Both the position numbers and the translations under genes were made by a program. A model generated the notes under the pieces. It made no database searches. It saw nothing but the letters and a program-made list of their open reading frames with translations, and was not told the origin of the DNA. From Rhynchobatus australiae (lineage: Eukaryota): a DNA stretch of 64,000 nt. Of the stretch, positions 1 through 12,929 are shown one piece after another. The DNA is taken from positions 8,213,513 to 8,277,512 of the forward strand of contig JAUZTB010000033.1 of NCBI GenBank assembly GCA_034780895.1. Reading direction: 5' to 3'. Within the stretch, counting starts at the first letter, position 1. Every line of letters begins with the position of its first letter.

Positions 1-64
1 AAGACTCCTCCAGCAGATTGTTTTGTTGCTCCAGATTCCAGCATCTGCTGTCTCTTGTGTCTCC
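1..64 (+). mobile_element. 3' end of Penelope-like terminal repeat
   Basis: gctccagattccagcatctgc...ctcttgtgtctc, the same tail as the copies at 19948-20076 and 50175-50770. Confidence 0.6.
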
Positions 65-89
65 TTGTGTACAAGTCTGTTCCCTTTAA

Positions 90-460
90 TTAAGGAAGGA
101 TATGTTTGTGAGGGAGGGAGTGCTGTGAAGCGGACTAAACTTGGACTCTTGAGTTTAGAAAGAAGAATCTTACCGAAGCTTACAAAATCCTTGAAGGTGT
201 TAAGAGGTAGGTGCAGAGATGACATTTCCCAAGGTTGCAGTGAATAGAACCAGGATCTCAAAATGAGGGGTTGGCCATGTAGGACAGAGATGAGAAGTTG
301 TTTCTTCACCAGAAGACAGAGAATCTTTGGAGTTCTATGTCCTGTGGAGGCTCAGTTGTTGAGTATTTTCAAGAAGGAGAATGATAGGTTTTTAGATATT
401 AAAGAAATTGAGGGTATGGCAGAGGACTGCTATATTGAACTGATGGAGTGACATATGTTA
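90..460 (+). mobile_element. CR1-type LINE 3' fragment
   Basis: gagtttagaaagaag...gagatgagaagttgtttcttcaccagaag...gtggaggctcagttgttgagtatttt; decayed CR1 ORF2 C-terminus pattern seen many times in the window. Confidence 0.55.
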
Positions 461-1067
461 GTGCAACTGGAAAAAGTATGCTGAAGTTTCATTTGAATGT
501 GAATGGAGGACCAGATGGTTCTGAGTCTGTCAAATGTCAGTATGTAGGATTAGTTGTGGGTTGCAAATCTTTAAATGCAGGCTCTGATTTTAATGATGAG
601 TAGTAAATGGTCCACAAAGAGACTGTATTGCCAGTTATTTGTTGAAACCAAATAATAATTTATTCTTAGCGTAAAATCTTGTGTGACCCTCTATTGTGGA
701 TCACATTTCCACCACCCCCCACCCCACATATATCATTAAGCTAAATAAGACTTCTCATCTCCAAAATATACCACTGTACAGATAAGTATCTGTGTAGCTT
801 TAGTTTTATGAAAAGATTGAAATCAATAAAGATGAAAATGAAGCTCTTCAATTATAAAAATGAAGCTGGTTCACTCCTCCTTTACAGAAGGAAACCTAAA
901 CTCAGTTATGTTCACTGTTCTCTGAAGTGGCTTTGCAAGTTGGCAATCCATTCTTTTTATTATGGAGAACATTAGTTGATATTCTAATTAATAATATTTA
1001 ATTGTAGGATATAATTGTAGGACTTCAAAGTTGGTAAAAGTGGGCTTTGAATTTTAATTGCTTTCAG

Positions 1068-1165
1068 ATGAAATGTACTTGCCACATATGAGGAAGATTG
1101 ATAGTATGCTGAATGAGAACAAGAAGCGAATGATTTCTAAGTTCCCACTGCAGCCAGCACTCAAG
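1068..1165 (+). CDS. QSER1: QSER1-like coding exon (4th from last)
   Basis: ctttcag|AT GAA ATG TAC TTG CCA CAT ATG AGG AAG ATT GAT...CTC AAG|gtgaga; 98 nt, phase 1 to 0. Confidence 0.9.
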
Positions 1166-4100
1166 GTGAGAACTTTATTAAAAACCACATTTACATGTCT
1201 TTGAAAATAATGTCATTCCTCATTATATTTTACAATCGCTGTCTCCATCCACAGGCTTGAATATTACTTCAAAAAAGTAAGTTAGTTACTATTTCCATTT
1301 TAAAAATTTGGAGACAATACTGTGGTTGATGCTAGTCTTATGATACTTGTATAGGAATCTGAGGAGTAAATCTGTTTTGAAACTGTTTTGATGAAAGATT
1401 TGTTTCTGCGTGTAACACTGAGGTGATAAGCAGTTTTGATTTGCAGTATAGATCAATAAACCACAGGTTAATCTATAGAATGAGATTGTTAGTGTACAAA
1501 GAACAAGGAAATTTTGTGTTAAATCTTAAATGCAAGTGACAATGGGTAAATGAAGGAGCAAAATGAATGATTTTAGTCTTTTTATGAATTTGAAATGAAT
1601 CACTGGCATTGCTAACTTGACTTCTGGTGCTGCCACTTCACCCCCCCCCCCCCCCCCCAGGAGTTTGCAATTAGTAAAGTCTTGAAAGTCAAACTTTCAA
1701 ATTTTTTCAGATGCTGGAAATCTGGAAAAAAAAGCAGAAGATATTGGAAACACTCAGCAGGTCAGATAGCATCTGTGGAAAGAAAAAAAGAGTTAACATT
1801 TCAGGTTAAAGATCCTTTATCAGAACTGAGAAATTGAGAAAAACAAGTCAGTTTTAAGTTCCAGAGAAGATGGGAAGGCAAAACATGGCTACGTAAAGGG
1901 AATATCTCGAATACAGTGAGGCCAGACTTGCCAAGGTGATGTTAATGTTTACTCAGCCATCTGATTTGATTAATAGATTAATGAGGGAAGTTGGAGAGAG
2001 TGGTAGAAAACAAAGAGACCTGTTAAAGCTGTGAAATGCAGATGAGAACTGTTACTGGAACCTGAAACTAAAGAGAGGATGCTGGAAATACCCAGCATAT
2101 CAACCTGTAGAGAGAGAAAAACTAAGTTTACCATTACAGGTGGATAACTTTACAATAGAACTGGCCAGTTCTGATACAAAAAGGAAAAAACAAGTTATCT
2201 GAAATTGTTAAATTTGAAATCTCAAAGACTAAAACATGCCCAGGTGGAAGATGAGGTACTGTTCTCCAAACTTGTGTTGGGCCCTGTTGGAAGAGTACAG
2301 ATGACCACTGAGAGTTAGATCAGAGTGGGAGAGAGAAGTAGCTACGAGCAAGTGGAAAATCAGGAACTAGGGATGCTCCCGTGGACTGAATAATTCAAAG
2401 CTCTCAAACTTATTAATTTAGTAAATCTACCTTGTCTTTGCCTCTCATAATTTTACATACTTCTGTCAGGTTGCCCTTCAGCTTCCGATGCCCCAGAGAA
2501 ACAATCTAAGTTTGTCCAACCTCTTTGTAACTAATCCAGACAACATCCTGGTGAATCTCTTCTGCACCCTCTCCAGAGTTTCCACATTCTTCCTGCAATG
2601 TGGCCACCAGAACTGCACACACTACTCCAAATGTGGCCTAACCAAAGTTTTATACAGCTGCAAAATTACTTTGACTTCTATGCTCAACACCCTGACCGAT
2701 AAAGGCAAACCTTCGTTACCACCTATCTACTTGTGTTGTTACTTTCAGGGAGCTTTTGATTTGCATCCCAAGATCCTTCTATACATCATTGATCCTCAGG
2801 GCCTTGCCTCTTACTGTATACTCTTACATTTGACCTCCCAAAGTGCAACACCTCACACCTGTCTGGACTAAACTGCATCTACCGTTTCTCTGCCCACATT
2901 TCTAACTGGTCAATATCCTGCCGATCATTTGACAACCTCTCTCACTGTTCACAACTCCACTAGTTTTTGTGCCATCTGCAAACTTACTCCACTTGGTGCT
3001 TCCACTTCACTCAACTTCACATTACTTCCAGCTTTCTTGTGTTCTTTAAAATGTGGTGTTTGAGTTCATGCTGTTGACATGACGAAAATGGTTACTTATA
3101 CCCCTTAAGCTGTTTTAATAGTTGTATAGTTTATTTAGCATTTTTGTTTCCTGCACATTCTTTGCCTTAGTCCAAATCCAGCTTCATTTCTTGTAAATAA
3201 TTATAGAACAAGATCAAGAAACGAAACCCACATTCCTTTTTTCAGGCACAGTCATTTTGCCTTGTAACTTATTATTGTAAAACTGCTGCTTATCTCCTTA
3301 AGGGAGACCAAAAAATCCTGTTTTCCTCTTGAAGTTGCATCTGATGAAAGGTCATCAACCGAACTCATTAACTCTGTCTTCACAGATGCTTTATGACCCT
3401 CTGGGTATTTTTAGAATTTTTTTATGTTTGTGTTTCTTTTGCTCTAAAATTTATCTGTTTTGTTCTGTAGACTGCACTGGAGAATTTTCCTGAGCTAACA
3501 GTAGGTGTCCCAGGAACAAAGGGTGGCAATTCCAACCTGACCAAAATTAAAATGACTGGTAAAAATTACAACAAGAAAACGCTCCAATCATTAAAACAGA
3601 ATAGTAAGAGCTCAAAGGTAAGATCTGCTGCAAACTATCTTTAGTATTTTTTTTCCTCTGAATTGGTTGTTATTATGCTCTGTTAAATGTTGAAAACACA
3701 CAAATTTCTAGCACAATGCAGCCTTGATTACTCACTTATAACGAATAGTATTAGCTCATGACCGCAGACATTTTTAACCATTTTGCCAGTATCAATGGAA
3801 AATAAAATAGTTTCTAAGAGACAATTAAGATAGAAAGTTCTGTGTTAAAGATGAATCATTAAAATACCCCCACATAAGTCCCATTCAACTCTTGAGATCT
3901 TCATTGATTGATATAAACAGTATTGTTTTATGCAAAAAGGAACAGTAAAATCCTTTGGGCACTTGTCAGGCAGACACATCAAGAATGCATCCTAATGGAG
4001 AGGTTTGTGAACCACCAAGAAATTTAAGATCTTAGATTTAAGCAAAGGTTTTGTTACAGTACTGCACAGATTAGCTCTCTAGTTCTGGGAGATGGAAGAT

Positions 4101-7100
4101 GGCCATAATCTTCTACTGTAGATAGGAATTTGTCTGATTGAATGAACATGGGTATGGATCTTAAGTAGAAAGAACTGATGAGCAGGAGGTCTCAGGTGTG
4201 TGCACTGGAGTGATAAATGCTTATGTTGAGCAGAAGCTATGTGGCAGTGGAGCCAAGAAAACAACCCATGTTTGTTTATTGAGGGTAAAGAAATCAGGTG
4301 GGGAAGGAAGGTGATGGAATACGCATCTGAGCTTATGCAGGGACCCAGCAGTTTTACTGTTTGTGCAGAGCTTAATATCAACAGTTTTCATACGAGGTCT
4401 GCACAGAAAAAAACCCTGAATCAGTGGATGTAAACACCGGCCTTCTAATTAGAGTGCAGATTTTAAAATTGCAAGGAAATGGAAAGCTGTTTCAAAATAC
4501 TATATGAAACTACAAACTAATACATGAACCATTTTTATTTGTTCCGTCAAGGTGCTTTTCCTTCAAATTAAAATTATTCAAATTAAACTTGAATCCAATG
4601 CCTAATATAAAGATGCAAAACTATAAAGTCCTTGTTTGCATAATACAATTGCTTAAGTAACTTTTGTTTAAATCCAGTTGATCAAATCCTCCTCAGTCCC
4701 ACTTGGCATCGACCGTGTAACTGAAACCGTTTGGAATGGGCCCCATTCAGTTTTATTGCAGAAATTATTTGGACTGTTGATGATTATTTTAGTAAACTAA
4801 TTTAACTTATCATGCAATTCTTTTTATATAAAGTTAATCATGCTTAACCAGTGAGTGATAACATTTCCATTGGCTGATTAATATAATTATATGGCGGCCT
4901 GAGACTGGAGATTAGACTTGTCTTTGGTATTCTTTGTGTTATGCTTCATACAACAATGCCATTCAGGTTATAGCCAAAAAGGAATGAATAACACTTTCAA
5001 ATAAATCACAAAACTCAGTACTCAGTCCTGCAGTGATTCCTGGGACCTGCTTAAGGTGGGATCCCCTTACCTTGTAAGCAAGTGTATTATTTTTGGAATT
5101 AAAATCTGAAAGCAGTGTCAAAGAAAGGATGTACGTTTATAGACAAGAAACTGATCTTTAGGCCCTATTTTCTTCTTGCTGGATTCATCCACCACAGCTG
5201 ATTTGGAAATCCTGTCATGAAAACAAAAACCTTTGTCCAAAATATGCTCACTTCATTTGAGTACATATGGTATCTTTCCTTCATATGGCCTTTCAGTGGT
5301 ACAGTCGTTAAATTTAGTTAAGTGATTGTGAAAATGGGATTAAGTAGTAAGAACATAAATAATTCAATACTGNNNNNNNNNNATCATGAACTACAGATTT
5401 TCAGATTATATTTTCAGTGACTGCCCACATAGGTTGTCCTGGTATAAAAATATAAAAAAAAAATGATAAAATGACCATTGCTTAGTGGTAATTTTTAGAA
5501 AGCAGTTGAGAATTTTTACTTTGAATTTAATTTTTTTCTGTATTTTAAATATAGGAGTTTACTGTAGATCAAGAGAAATTGCAGTGCTGTACTTTATATC
5601 ACACCCTTCATCACTATAAATATCACACATACCTGATATGCAAGAAAGAGGTGAGTATTTTAAGCTCTGCAACATTTAATACTTGATTAGACTCTTAAAT
5701 TATTAGATTTCAACTAAGTAAAGCAGATCCCAGGGTAATACAATAAATCTAAGATTTAAAATGAGCATTAGGCATCTCTTCTGAAAAAGCATATTTGCAA
5801 ACCAACAGCAGTTAAAAGGTGTGTTCTTTCTTGAATTTCAGTGCATCATTTTAACTAACAGTTCTTTTGCAGTATATTTGTACTGTAAATTAGAGTACAG
5901 ACACTCTGCTGAGATGATGCTAATTATACATGCATAATTTTTCAGTCTAACTCTGTAATATGGCCTGGATTTTGTGGTTAGCAACAAAGTGACGGTGATT
6001 GCCATCGGCCTTGAATAATGCTGACCAGAGAGATCTGGGGATTTCTTTGGCGTGTATTTCCCTTTTTCCAGTGTTGGTGGCTATCAGGCGCCAATTTAAA
6101 GGGATCCTTCGAAGCCAGCAACAGTGATATCATCAGGTTGGCTTCACTAATTTTTGCAGACAGCAAACTAGGAAGGAAAAGCATAACTTTTAAATCCTTA
6201 AATATTGTACTAAGGACCAATTAAAGAATGGACTGCCTGCAATTGAAATTCCAAAATTTTTTCAAACCAAAATTAGTTTAAAATCCATTGTGTTTTGAAA
6301 AATTTTAGTTCATTACAATTCTCATAATGGCTAAACAATGTGTTAAATCTCTGCCATAGCTTAGTACATATGTTTTAAAAACTCAAGCCTTATTGGTTGT
6401 GGTTTGAGGTACTTTATTTCTCATGTTATGTATTTCTCATATTTTCTTCTGGCATAGTAGAGCTCTCAAGGCAATTCATTCTCTCCCTTATTTCCCTATN
6501 NNNNNNNNNNNNNNNNNNNNNNNNAACCTGTTCTGTTGTATGTCCATCAATGACAGCCTGATTTTCCTATAGCCCATTTAGATGATGGGTAATTTAGAAT
6601 AGCTAATTAACCTGCTAGCACATCTTTGGGATGTGGGAGGAAACCGGAGCATCCGGTGAAACCCACGGGGAGAATGTGCAAACTCCACACGGATGGCACC
6701 CAAGGTTGGGATTGGATTCCAGTTACTAGAGCTGTAAGATTCAGAATGAGTTCATCTTATAAGTACTTAATTTTCCTTTAATCTAGTGGTGGATGGTTTT
6801 AAAAAAAATACAGCTTGGAGGATAGCTAAATCACTGGTATTAATTTCAGGGTTTTCACTTTAAACTACTTACATTCAGTAATCCTGATATTGCTGTCACT
6901 TTTGTTGTATGCCACCTTTACAACGAGATTGTTTTGTTGTCATTGGCAACAGCACGATTCAGTTCTTTTGAGTCGAAGTGTTGATCCATGAAATATTAGT
7001 TACCAGATGTTTTAAACTATATATCTTTTCAAATTGGCAAAGGAAATCTGTGATATATATTCTTTAAAACTTGTAACTCTTTTCCAACCATTTGAACAGG

Positions 7101-7240
7101 CATCATCCATTCTGAAGCAGAACAAAGATCTAGGCCAAGTTGAAACTATCCAGCAATGCATGGAAAATGAGAAATGGGTGGAGGATCTCTTTGAAAAATT
7201 TGGCGACCTTCTGACACAAGCACAGCAGAACTGTTTATAA
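1068..7240 (+). CDS. QSER1: QSER1/PRR12-family (DUF4211) gene, 3' portion: join(1068..1165,3471..3617,5555..5650,7100..7240); 5' exons upstream of window
   Basis: Four GT-AG exons splice in frame to (D)EMYLPHMRKIDSMLNENKKRMISKFPLQPALK-TALENFPELTV...KIKMTGKNYNKKTLQ...SK-EFTVDQEKLQCCTLYHTLHHYKYHTYLICKKE-ASSILKQNKDLGQVETIQQCMENEKWVEDLFEKFGDLLTQAQQNCL*. This matches the recalled QSER1/PRR12 C-terminus (LYHSLHHYKYH, KWVEDLFEKFG). Family is confident; exact orthology is uncertain. Confidence 0.85.
1709..2390 (-). mobile_element. Penelope-like element 3' fragment with partly tandem terminal repeat
   Basis: Minus strand gives AQHKFGEQYLIFHLGM (PLE C-terminal EQHLIFRLG motif), followed by a decayed CTGATAA..GAAATGTTAAC hammerhead-like core near 1790-1830; the gatgctggaaa repeat occurs twice. 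Confidence 0.6.
2410..2990 (-). mobile_element. CR1-type LINE RT fragment
   Basis: ccagacaacatcctggtgaatctcttctgcaccctctcc...accagaactgcacacactactcc...catctgcaaactt (KFADG, VQFW, RVQKRFTRMLSG on the minus strand). Confidence 0.75.
3471..3617 (+). CDS. QSER1: QSER1-like coding exon (3rd from last)
   Basis: ttctgtag|ACT GCA CTG GAG AAT TTT CCT GAG...TCA AAG|gtaaga; 147 nt; TALENFPELT...KIKMTGKNYNKKTL. Confidence 0.9.
5555..5650 (+). CDS. QSER1: QSER1-like penultimate exon
   Basis: atatag|GAG TTT ACT GTA...AAG AAA GAG|gtgagt; 96 nt; contains TLYHTLHHYKYHTYLICK. Confidence 0.92.
6460..6737 (-). mobile_element. V-SINE (HE1-like)
   Basis: tttgggatgtgggaggaaaccggagcatccggtgaaacccacg is the reverse of the V-SINE core. 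Confidence 0.7.
7100..7240 (+). CDS. QSER1: QSER1-like terminal coding exon
   Basis: gaacag|GCA TCA TCC ATT...AAC TGT TTA TAA; DLGQ..QQCM..KWVEDLFEKFGDLL. Confidence 0.92.
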   Translation, partial: ASSILKQNKDLGQVETIQQCMENEKWVEDLFEKFGDLLTQAQQNCL

Positions 7241-8300
7241 TGTACATATGAGATTTTTCACCGGTTGTATCAATGGCACTAGTGATATCATGGGACATAC
7301 TGAAATGAACTTTGGCACCCGGGCTGATGCTTGGACTAAGCTTATAATAGTGGCACTCATGGGTTTTAATGGACCTTGTACTTTGGCCCATAGTTAAATG
7401 GTCATAGTGGCCAAGAAAACACATTTTGACATTGGGAGTAAAGTAATTATTACGACTGTAACCACATTTTTTATAATGGCCAATGTTTTTGATTTATTTG
7501 TATTCCGTGAACTTGAGGTATTGAGTAATGGTTATTTCCAAAAAAAAGTAAAACATTTTTTAAAAAAAATTTTGTGACCGATCAAAATGGCAAGGCATGC
7601 ACTAAGTATATTATGATTTTCTTATTAATATAGTTTAAACACATTAGGAAACTCTGTTCTACAAGAAATGCTTTAAAATTGATTACCTGACTTACTGATC
7701 CACAAAACAAAAAAGCCAGAGGCAACTAGGCCTTTCTAATGTTTGCCAACCACATTTCTACACATGATATAAGGAAAGTTGGTGTGCCGTGACATTCTTT
7801 AAAGTAAATTTGCCAACAGAAAATAACACTTTCTTTACAGACTCAAGATAGTAAGTTCAGGAAACTGGACGTGGAGTTGGTGCAATCCAATGACTGTGTC
7901 AATTCTGATAATGAAAATGTGATGAACACATCTATTTTCCCAATTTGAAGAAAAAATTATTTTTCCTCTTTATCCATATTTCTTCAAAAAATAAATTGTA
8001 CATTTTATCACATCAATAGTTGTATTTTTCAGAGAAAATATTGTGGTTTGAATTATGTTCATGTATCTTTGTAATACACCGCATTGTTTCCAGTAAATTC
8101 TTTTCACTTACATTGATCACACATTGTATACTTCATATACTGAGGTAAACTACTATTTCTGAATTCCTGAATACAGTTTGCTTCAGTGTTTACCAGATAT
8201 GCATATTGAACTAGTTTTGCCTTTTTAAGTGTAGCTGTGTTACACATTTCAATTATTTTCTGATACATGAAAATAAATTTCCTACTAAACCTAATGACAA
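7241..8300 (+). other. 3'UTR of QSER1-like gene with candidate poly(A) signals
   Basis: Repeat-free AT-rich region after the stop codon; AATAAA at 7990-7995 and 8272-8277, multiple upstream TGTA motifs and a T-rich downstream tract. Confidence 0.55.
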
Positions 8301-10519
8301 AAATATCTATTTTTATGTTGCACCATGATAAAGAGTTAGCAATTCAGCACTATGAACGATATTTGTAAAAGTAGTTTTAGTTTCACTATGTTTTGGCTGT
8401 ACTGTTGACAAATACTCTTACCCTGAGGGATTACCTATTTGAATTGTTACTTCCCATTCTGTGAATCAATGATATTTTGCTCTACTAAATTAACTCTTTA
8501 AAATCTTACAACTTTTAAATTTCTCTTCCCACATTCTTTATTATTTTAGTTATCTTTAAATCATACCACTGTATATAATGATTAACATTTCATGTAATTT
8601 TACATTTTACATTAATATGTAAAAATATTTTACATTAACTTNNNNNNNNNNNNNNNNNNNNNNNNNNNNNNNNNNNNNNNNNNNNNNNNNNNNNNNNNNN
8701 NNNNNNNNNNNNNNNNNNNNNNNNNNNNNNNNNNNNNNNNNCATTAACTTTTTGTTAACTTTCAGGGTGTGTCCTCAGTGAGAATGCAGTACTCTTTCAC
8801 TTTCAGAAATGTAGTTTTAGTATTCGGACTGCAGTATCTAAAGTTGTCTTGAGCAATGAGCTTTAATCCCAGATGTAAAAGACTGCCCACGCAGTACAGC
8901 AGTGTGCTCTTTTGCTTCATCACCGTCTTTGTCACCATTCTGAATAAGATTGCCAATGTTAAAGAATGGTGTTTTTTGTACCGCCGAAAAACGTCAGACC
9001 ATGCCCAAAGTCAACAGCAACAATGGACTATTTTAATGGCTTAGACCTCATGGTATTCCAAACCGCTTTGTAGAAGATGTTATCAAACAAGTTTTGACAC
9101 TGAGCCACAAGAGTTAACGAAAGAGAGGACCAAGAGCCATGCTTTAATGAACATCTGAAAGGAGTGAGCCAGAGAGTCTTGGGAAGAGAATTCCAGGCAG
9201 TCAAAGGTGGCTACCGGTGGAGGGATGAAGGGAATTGGGCATGCACAGAAGGTAAAACAGGAGAAGAGTTCAAGTGGGGTTGAGGGGCTGGAGATGGTTA
9301 CAGAAGCGCGTAGGAATTAGGCCATCAATTTTAAAGTTGGGGCCTGTAGGTCAGCAAATTGGTGTTTATACCTCCCAGCAGACGTGAAAGGAGGATCCCA
9401 GTGTGGGAGCTGGCGACAACAAGCTGAGAGCACAGAATGGAAACCAAAGGAGGGGTGNNNNNNNNNNNNNNNNNNNNNNNNNNNNNNNNNNNNNNNNNNN
9501 NNNNNNNNNNNNNNNNNNNNNNNNNNNNNNNNNNNNNNNNNNNNNNNNNNNNNNNNNCAAAGGAGGGGTGAGCATGATCCTCACGGGAGACTGGGTTGGT
9601 TGGTGAGTTGTCTTCTTCTGTATCAAGATAGTTGTTTGAGTGTGGGATGAGAGGGCTGGGATGAATAATGATTGAATTCAAAGCAGATCAACGAATTAGT
9701 TAACCAAAATATTGAATGGATAAAAGAATTTTATCTAATCGAAAATCGCAGAATGGTTATCATGTGGAAGGAGACCATTCAGTCTGTCAAATCTGTACTA
9801 GTTCTTTAAGAGCAATCCATCCAGGCCCATTCATTTACCCTCACCACATTAGTCTGCAGAATCTTTCAGATCCTTATCCATCTCCCTATTCACAGTTGAA
9901 TAAACTCCAAAACTTTCTACTTGTTGGGTTAAAATGGTCACTTCTGGTTCTTTTGCAAGTCACTTTCATGCTTTGTCCCCTAATTCTTGACACCTCAGTC
10001 ATTTACATGGTCTGTATTTTTTATGACATCCTCTGTTCCAAGGAAAATGACACCAGCTCCTCCATTCTATCCACGTAACCAACATCCCTCGTCCTTGGTA
10101 ATTTTAGTTGATCTCTTCTGCAATTTGTCCAAAGTTTGGCACCTGGCACTGGATACAACACTCCCATTTGAGGCCAAACCAATATTGTATAAAGATTCAT
10201 CATGATATCTTTGCTCTTGTATTCTATTCATCTTTTTTATATAAAAAAATAGGATCTCGTATTCTTTTTAAATCACTTTATCAACCTGCCCTGTCACTTT
10301 CAATGAACTCTGCACATACACCCAAAACTCTTGCTTCTTGTGTACCCTATGGTTTATTTTGCTACTTCCCATTCCTCCTCCCAAGATGTAACCGTTTTGT
10401 GATGTTTATCCTTGTCCTCCTCACAGTTAGGCCGTGTGCACTCAGGTCAAAACCACCGATTGATGTTGAGGATAGCAGAGGTCTGGTCCTGATCTATGCA
10501 TCGCAGTCAGATTTATTAT

Positions 10520-11170
10520 CATCGACTTAGATTACATGAAATTTGTTGTTTCGCAACAGTGCAAAGACATAAAATTACTATAAATTACAAAAGAAGGACT
10601 GATGAGGTCCTTGGGTACATGTTCATGGGTACATGGACCATTCAGAAATCTGATGGTGGAAGGGAAGAAGCTGTTTCTGAATCATTGAGCGTGGGTCTTC
10701 AGGCTCCTGTACCTAGCCCCCCGCCGCCCCCCCCAGTGATAGTAATGAGAAGAGGGCATGTCCCAGGTGGTGAGTGTCCTTCCCTCCAGTCTGGAAAAAC
10801 CACCTTTATTGTTCAATTTTTTGTCAGATCTTGTGCAGCCCCTTTTGTTTCATGGCCTTCAGTCTCAATTACAAGCTGCTTATGTGGCACTTTCTCAAAT
10901 TACTTTTGGATGTCAATTTCCAACAACATCTGCATTTCTCTCAACAACCATCTCAGTTTCTTCATCAAAAACCTAATTGTTAGTTGGATACGATTTGCAT
11001 TTAATAAGTCCATGATGTTTTCTCTAACCAGCCAACAAGTTCAAGTCCCTGTTTCTGGCAAACCCTGTTTCTGTCCCAACGCAGAAGTTCAATTGACTGG
11101 TATGTAGTTGCTGGGTTTATCCCTACATTCATTTACCAAACGTATGTAATTTTCCAGTCCTTGGACACCA
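10520..11170 (-). mobile_element. LINE fragments (Rex1/Babar-like tail plus CR1 RT)
   Basis: atttattatcatcgac...ttcagaaatctgatgg...gaagaagctgttt tail; minus-strand DKPSNYIPVN (CR1 PGNYRPVS) near 11090-11120. Confidence 0.55.
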
Positions 11171-12929
11171 GCCCTGCACCTAAAAACGTCCTTGGAAATT
11201 GGGTGGGAGGGGCTAGGGTTTGGATTGGGAAGTAAATTATGAAATTAAAAAGCATGATCAGAATTTGAGTATGGCAGGAAATGGGTTTAGTATAGATTGA
11301 TACTTGATGGTCAGTATGGGTCATAGTGGACCAAAAGACCCATTTCTGTGATGTATGACTTCATGACTCTATGACAGCCAGATTAGAATAATCAGGGAAT
11401 ACAATTAAAACAAGGACAAATGTAAAAAGCTGTAATTATAAAGGTATGTTCATAAAAATATAAACAGTGTAGGTCACTTTGCCCTTCATGACTGTTTTGT
11501 CATTTAATAAGACTATAGGTGATCTCTTACCAAGACACTTTCCTACACCAACCCGATATCCTTTGTTTCCCTTCATGCCCAAAAACTAATCAGTTTGATT
11601 TGTTCTCTGAAGACATCTCTTCTAAATCACCTACCCTTTAGAGAGACTGATCTCTGGTTCTTGAGATTCCATCCAAGGAAAGAACATCCTGCATGCACTT
11701 TTGCATGTTTCTGTCAGGTGATCCCCAATTTTTTGCTAAGTTCAAGGCTGTGTAGGATCAGTCTGTTTAATGTTCCCTCGTGGGACAAACCTTCCTCCCT
11801 CTTGCTCCTCATCCAAAGAATCAATCTAGGGAGCCTTTGTTGCACCCCCTGTATCACACGTATATTCTTTCTTAGGTCGGCACACCAGAGCTTTGACATC
11901 ATTTAGGGTGTGGTTTCAGTACCGCACCTTCTTTCAATAAGCGCTAATGTGTCATCTGCCTTCCTACATGTTGATGTTCAATCATAAGGATGCCCAAGTC
12001 TCTTTGACCACCAACACCTTTGGTGATCTTGGTTTATTATTGTCATATGTACTGAGATAAAATAAAAAGCTTTTGATTGCATGCCATCCAGGTAGATCAT
12101 TCCATACATAAGTACATCAAGGTGGTACAAATAAGGAAAACAGTGCAGAATATAGTGTTACGGTTATAAGAAGTGCAGTGCATGTAGACAAATAAAGTGC
12201 AAGGGCCATGACGAGGTAGATTGAGGGATCAAGAGTTCTTCTTTAGTGGATAAAAGGTAAATTGGTTTATTATTGTCACGTACTGAGGTACAATGAAAAA
12301 CATTATTTTGCATGCCTCCCTTAGAGATAATTTCATTACAACAGTGCCTGGAAGTAGTACGAGGTAAACCAAATACAGAATGCAAAATGAAGTGTTAACA
12401 GTCATAGAGAAAGTGCATTGCAGGAGGACTATAAGGCACAAGGCCATGGCCAAGATTATGGTCTGTTCAAGAGTCTGATAACAGCAGGTTGGAAGCTGTC
12501 CTTGAGCCTTTCAAGCTTGCACCATTTAAAAAAAAATATACCGTCTTTCTATTTTTCTACCAAAGTGGATGATCTTGCACTTTTCCACATTATGTTCCAC
12601 GTATCATGCCCTCATTAATTCCCCCAACCTGTTCAAGTCCTCCTGACACTTCTCTGTGTCCTCCTGAAAATCCAAACTGCCACCCAGCCTAGTAGTGACA
12701 CATCAATGAAATATTGAACTGAGGCTCCCTTTGTTTCATTGAGGTCACAAAAGCTTACGGAGCACTTACTTGTCTAGTATCCTGGCACATATTCAACTCG
12801 CAGTCTTATCACTAAAAGCAGATTATTATGTTATTATCACGTTGTTCTTGGATGGAGTTGCTGTGGGGAAAAATAGTTTTGTATTTGTTATCCTTCAAAA
12901 AGAAATAATTTTGATAGTTATAGTTGTAA

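Noticed and set aside
10108-11107. 140-aa and 203-aa plus-strand ORFs
   Set aside because: Antisense of decayed LINE fragments.
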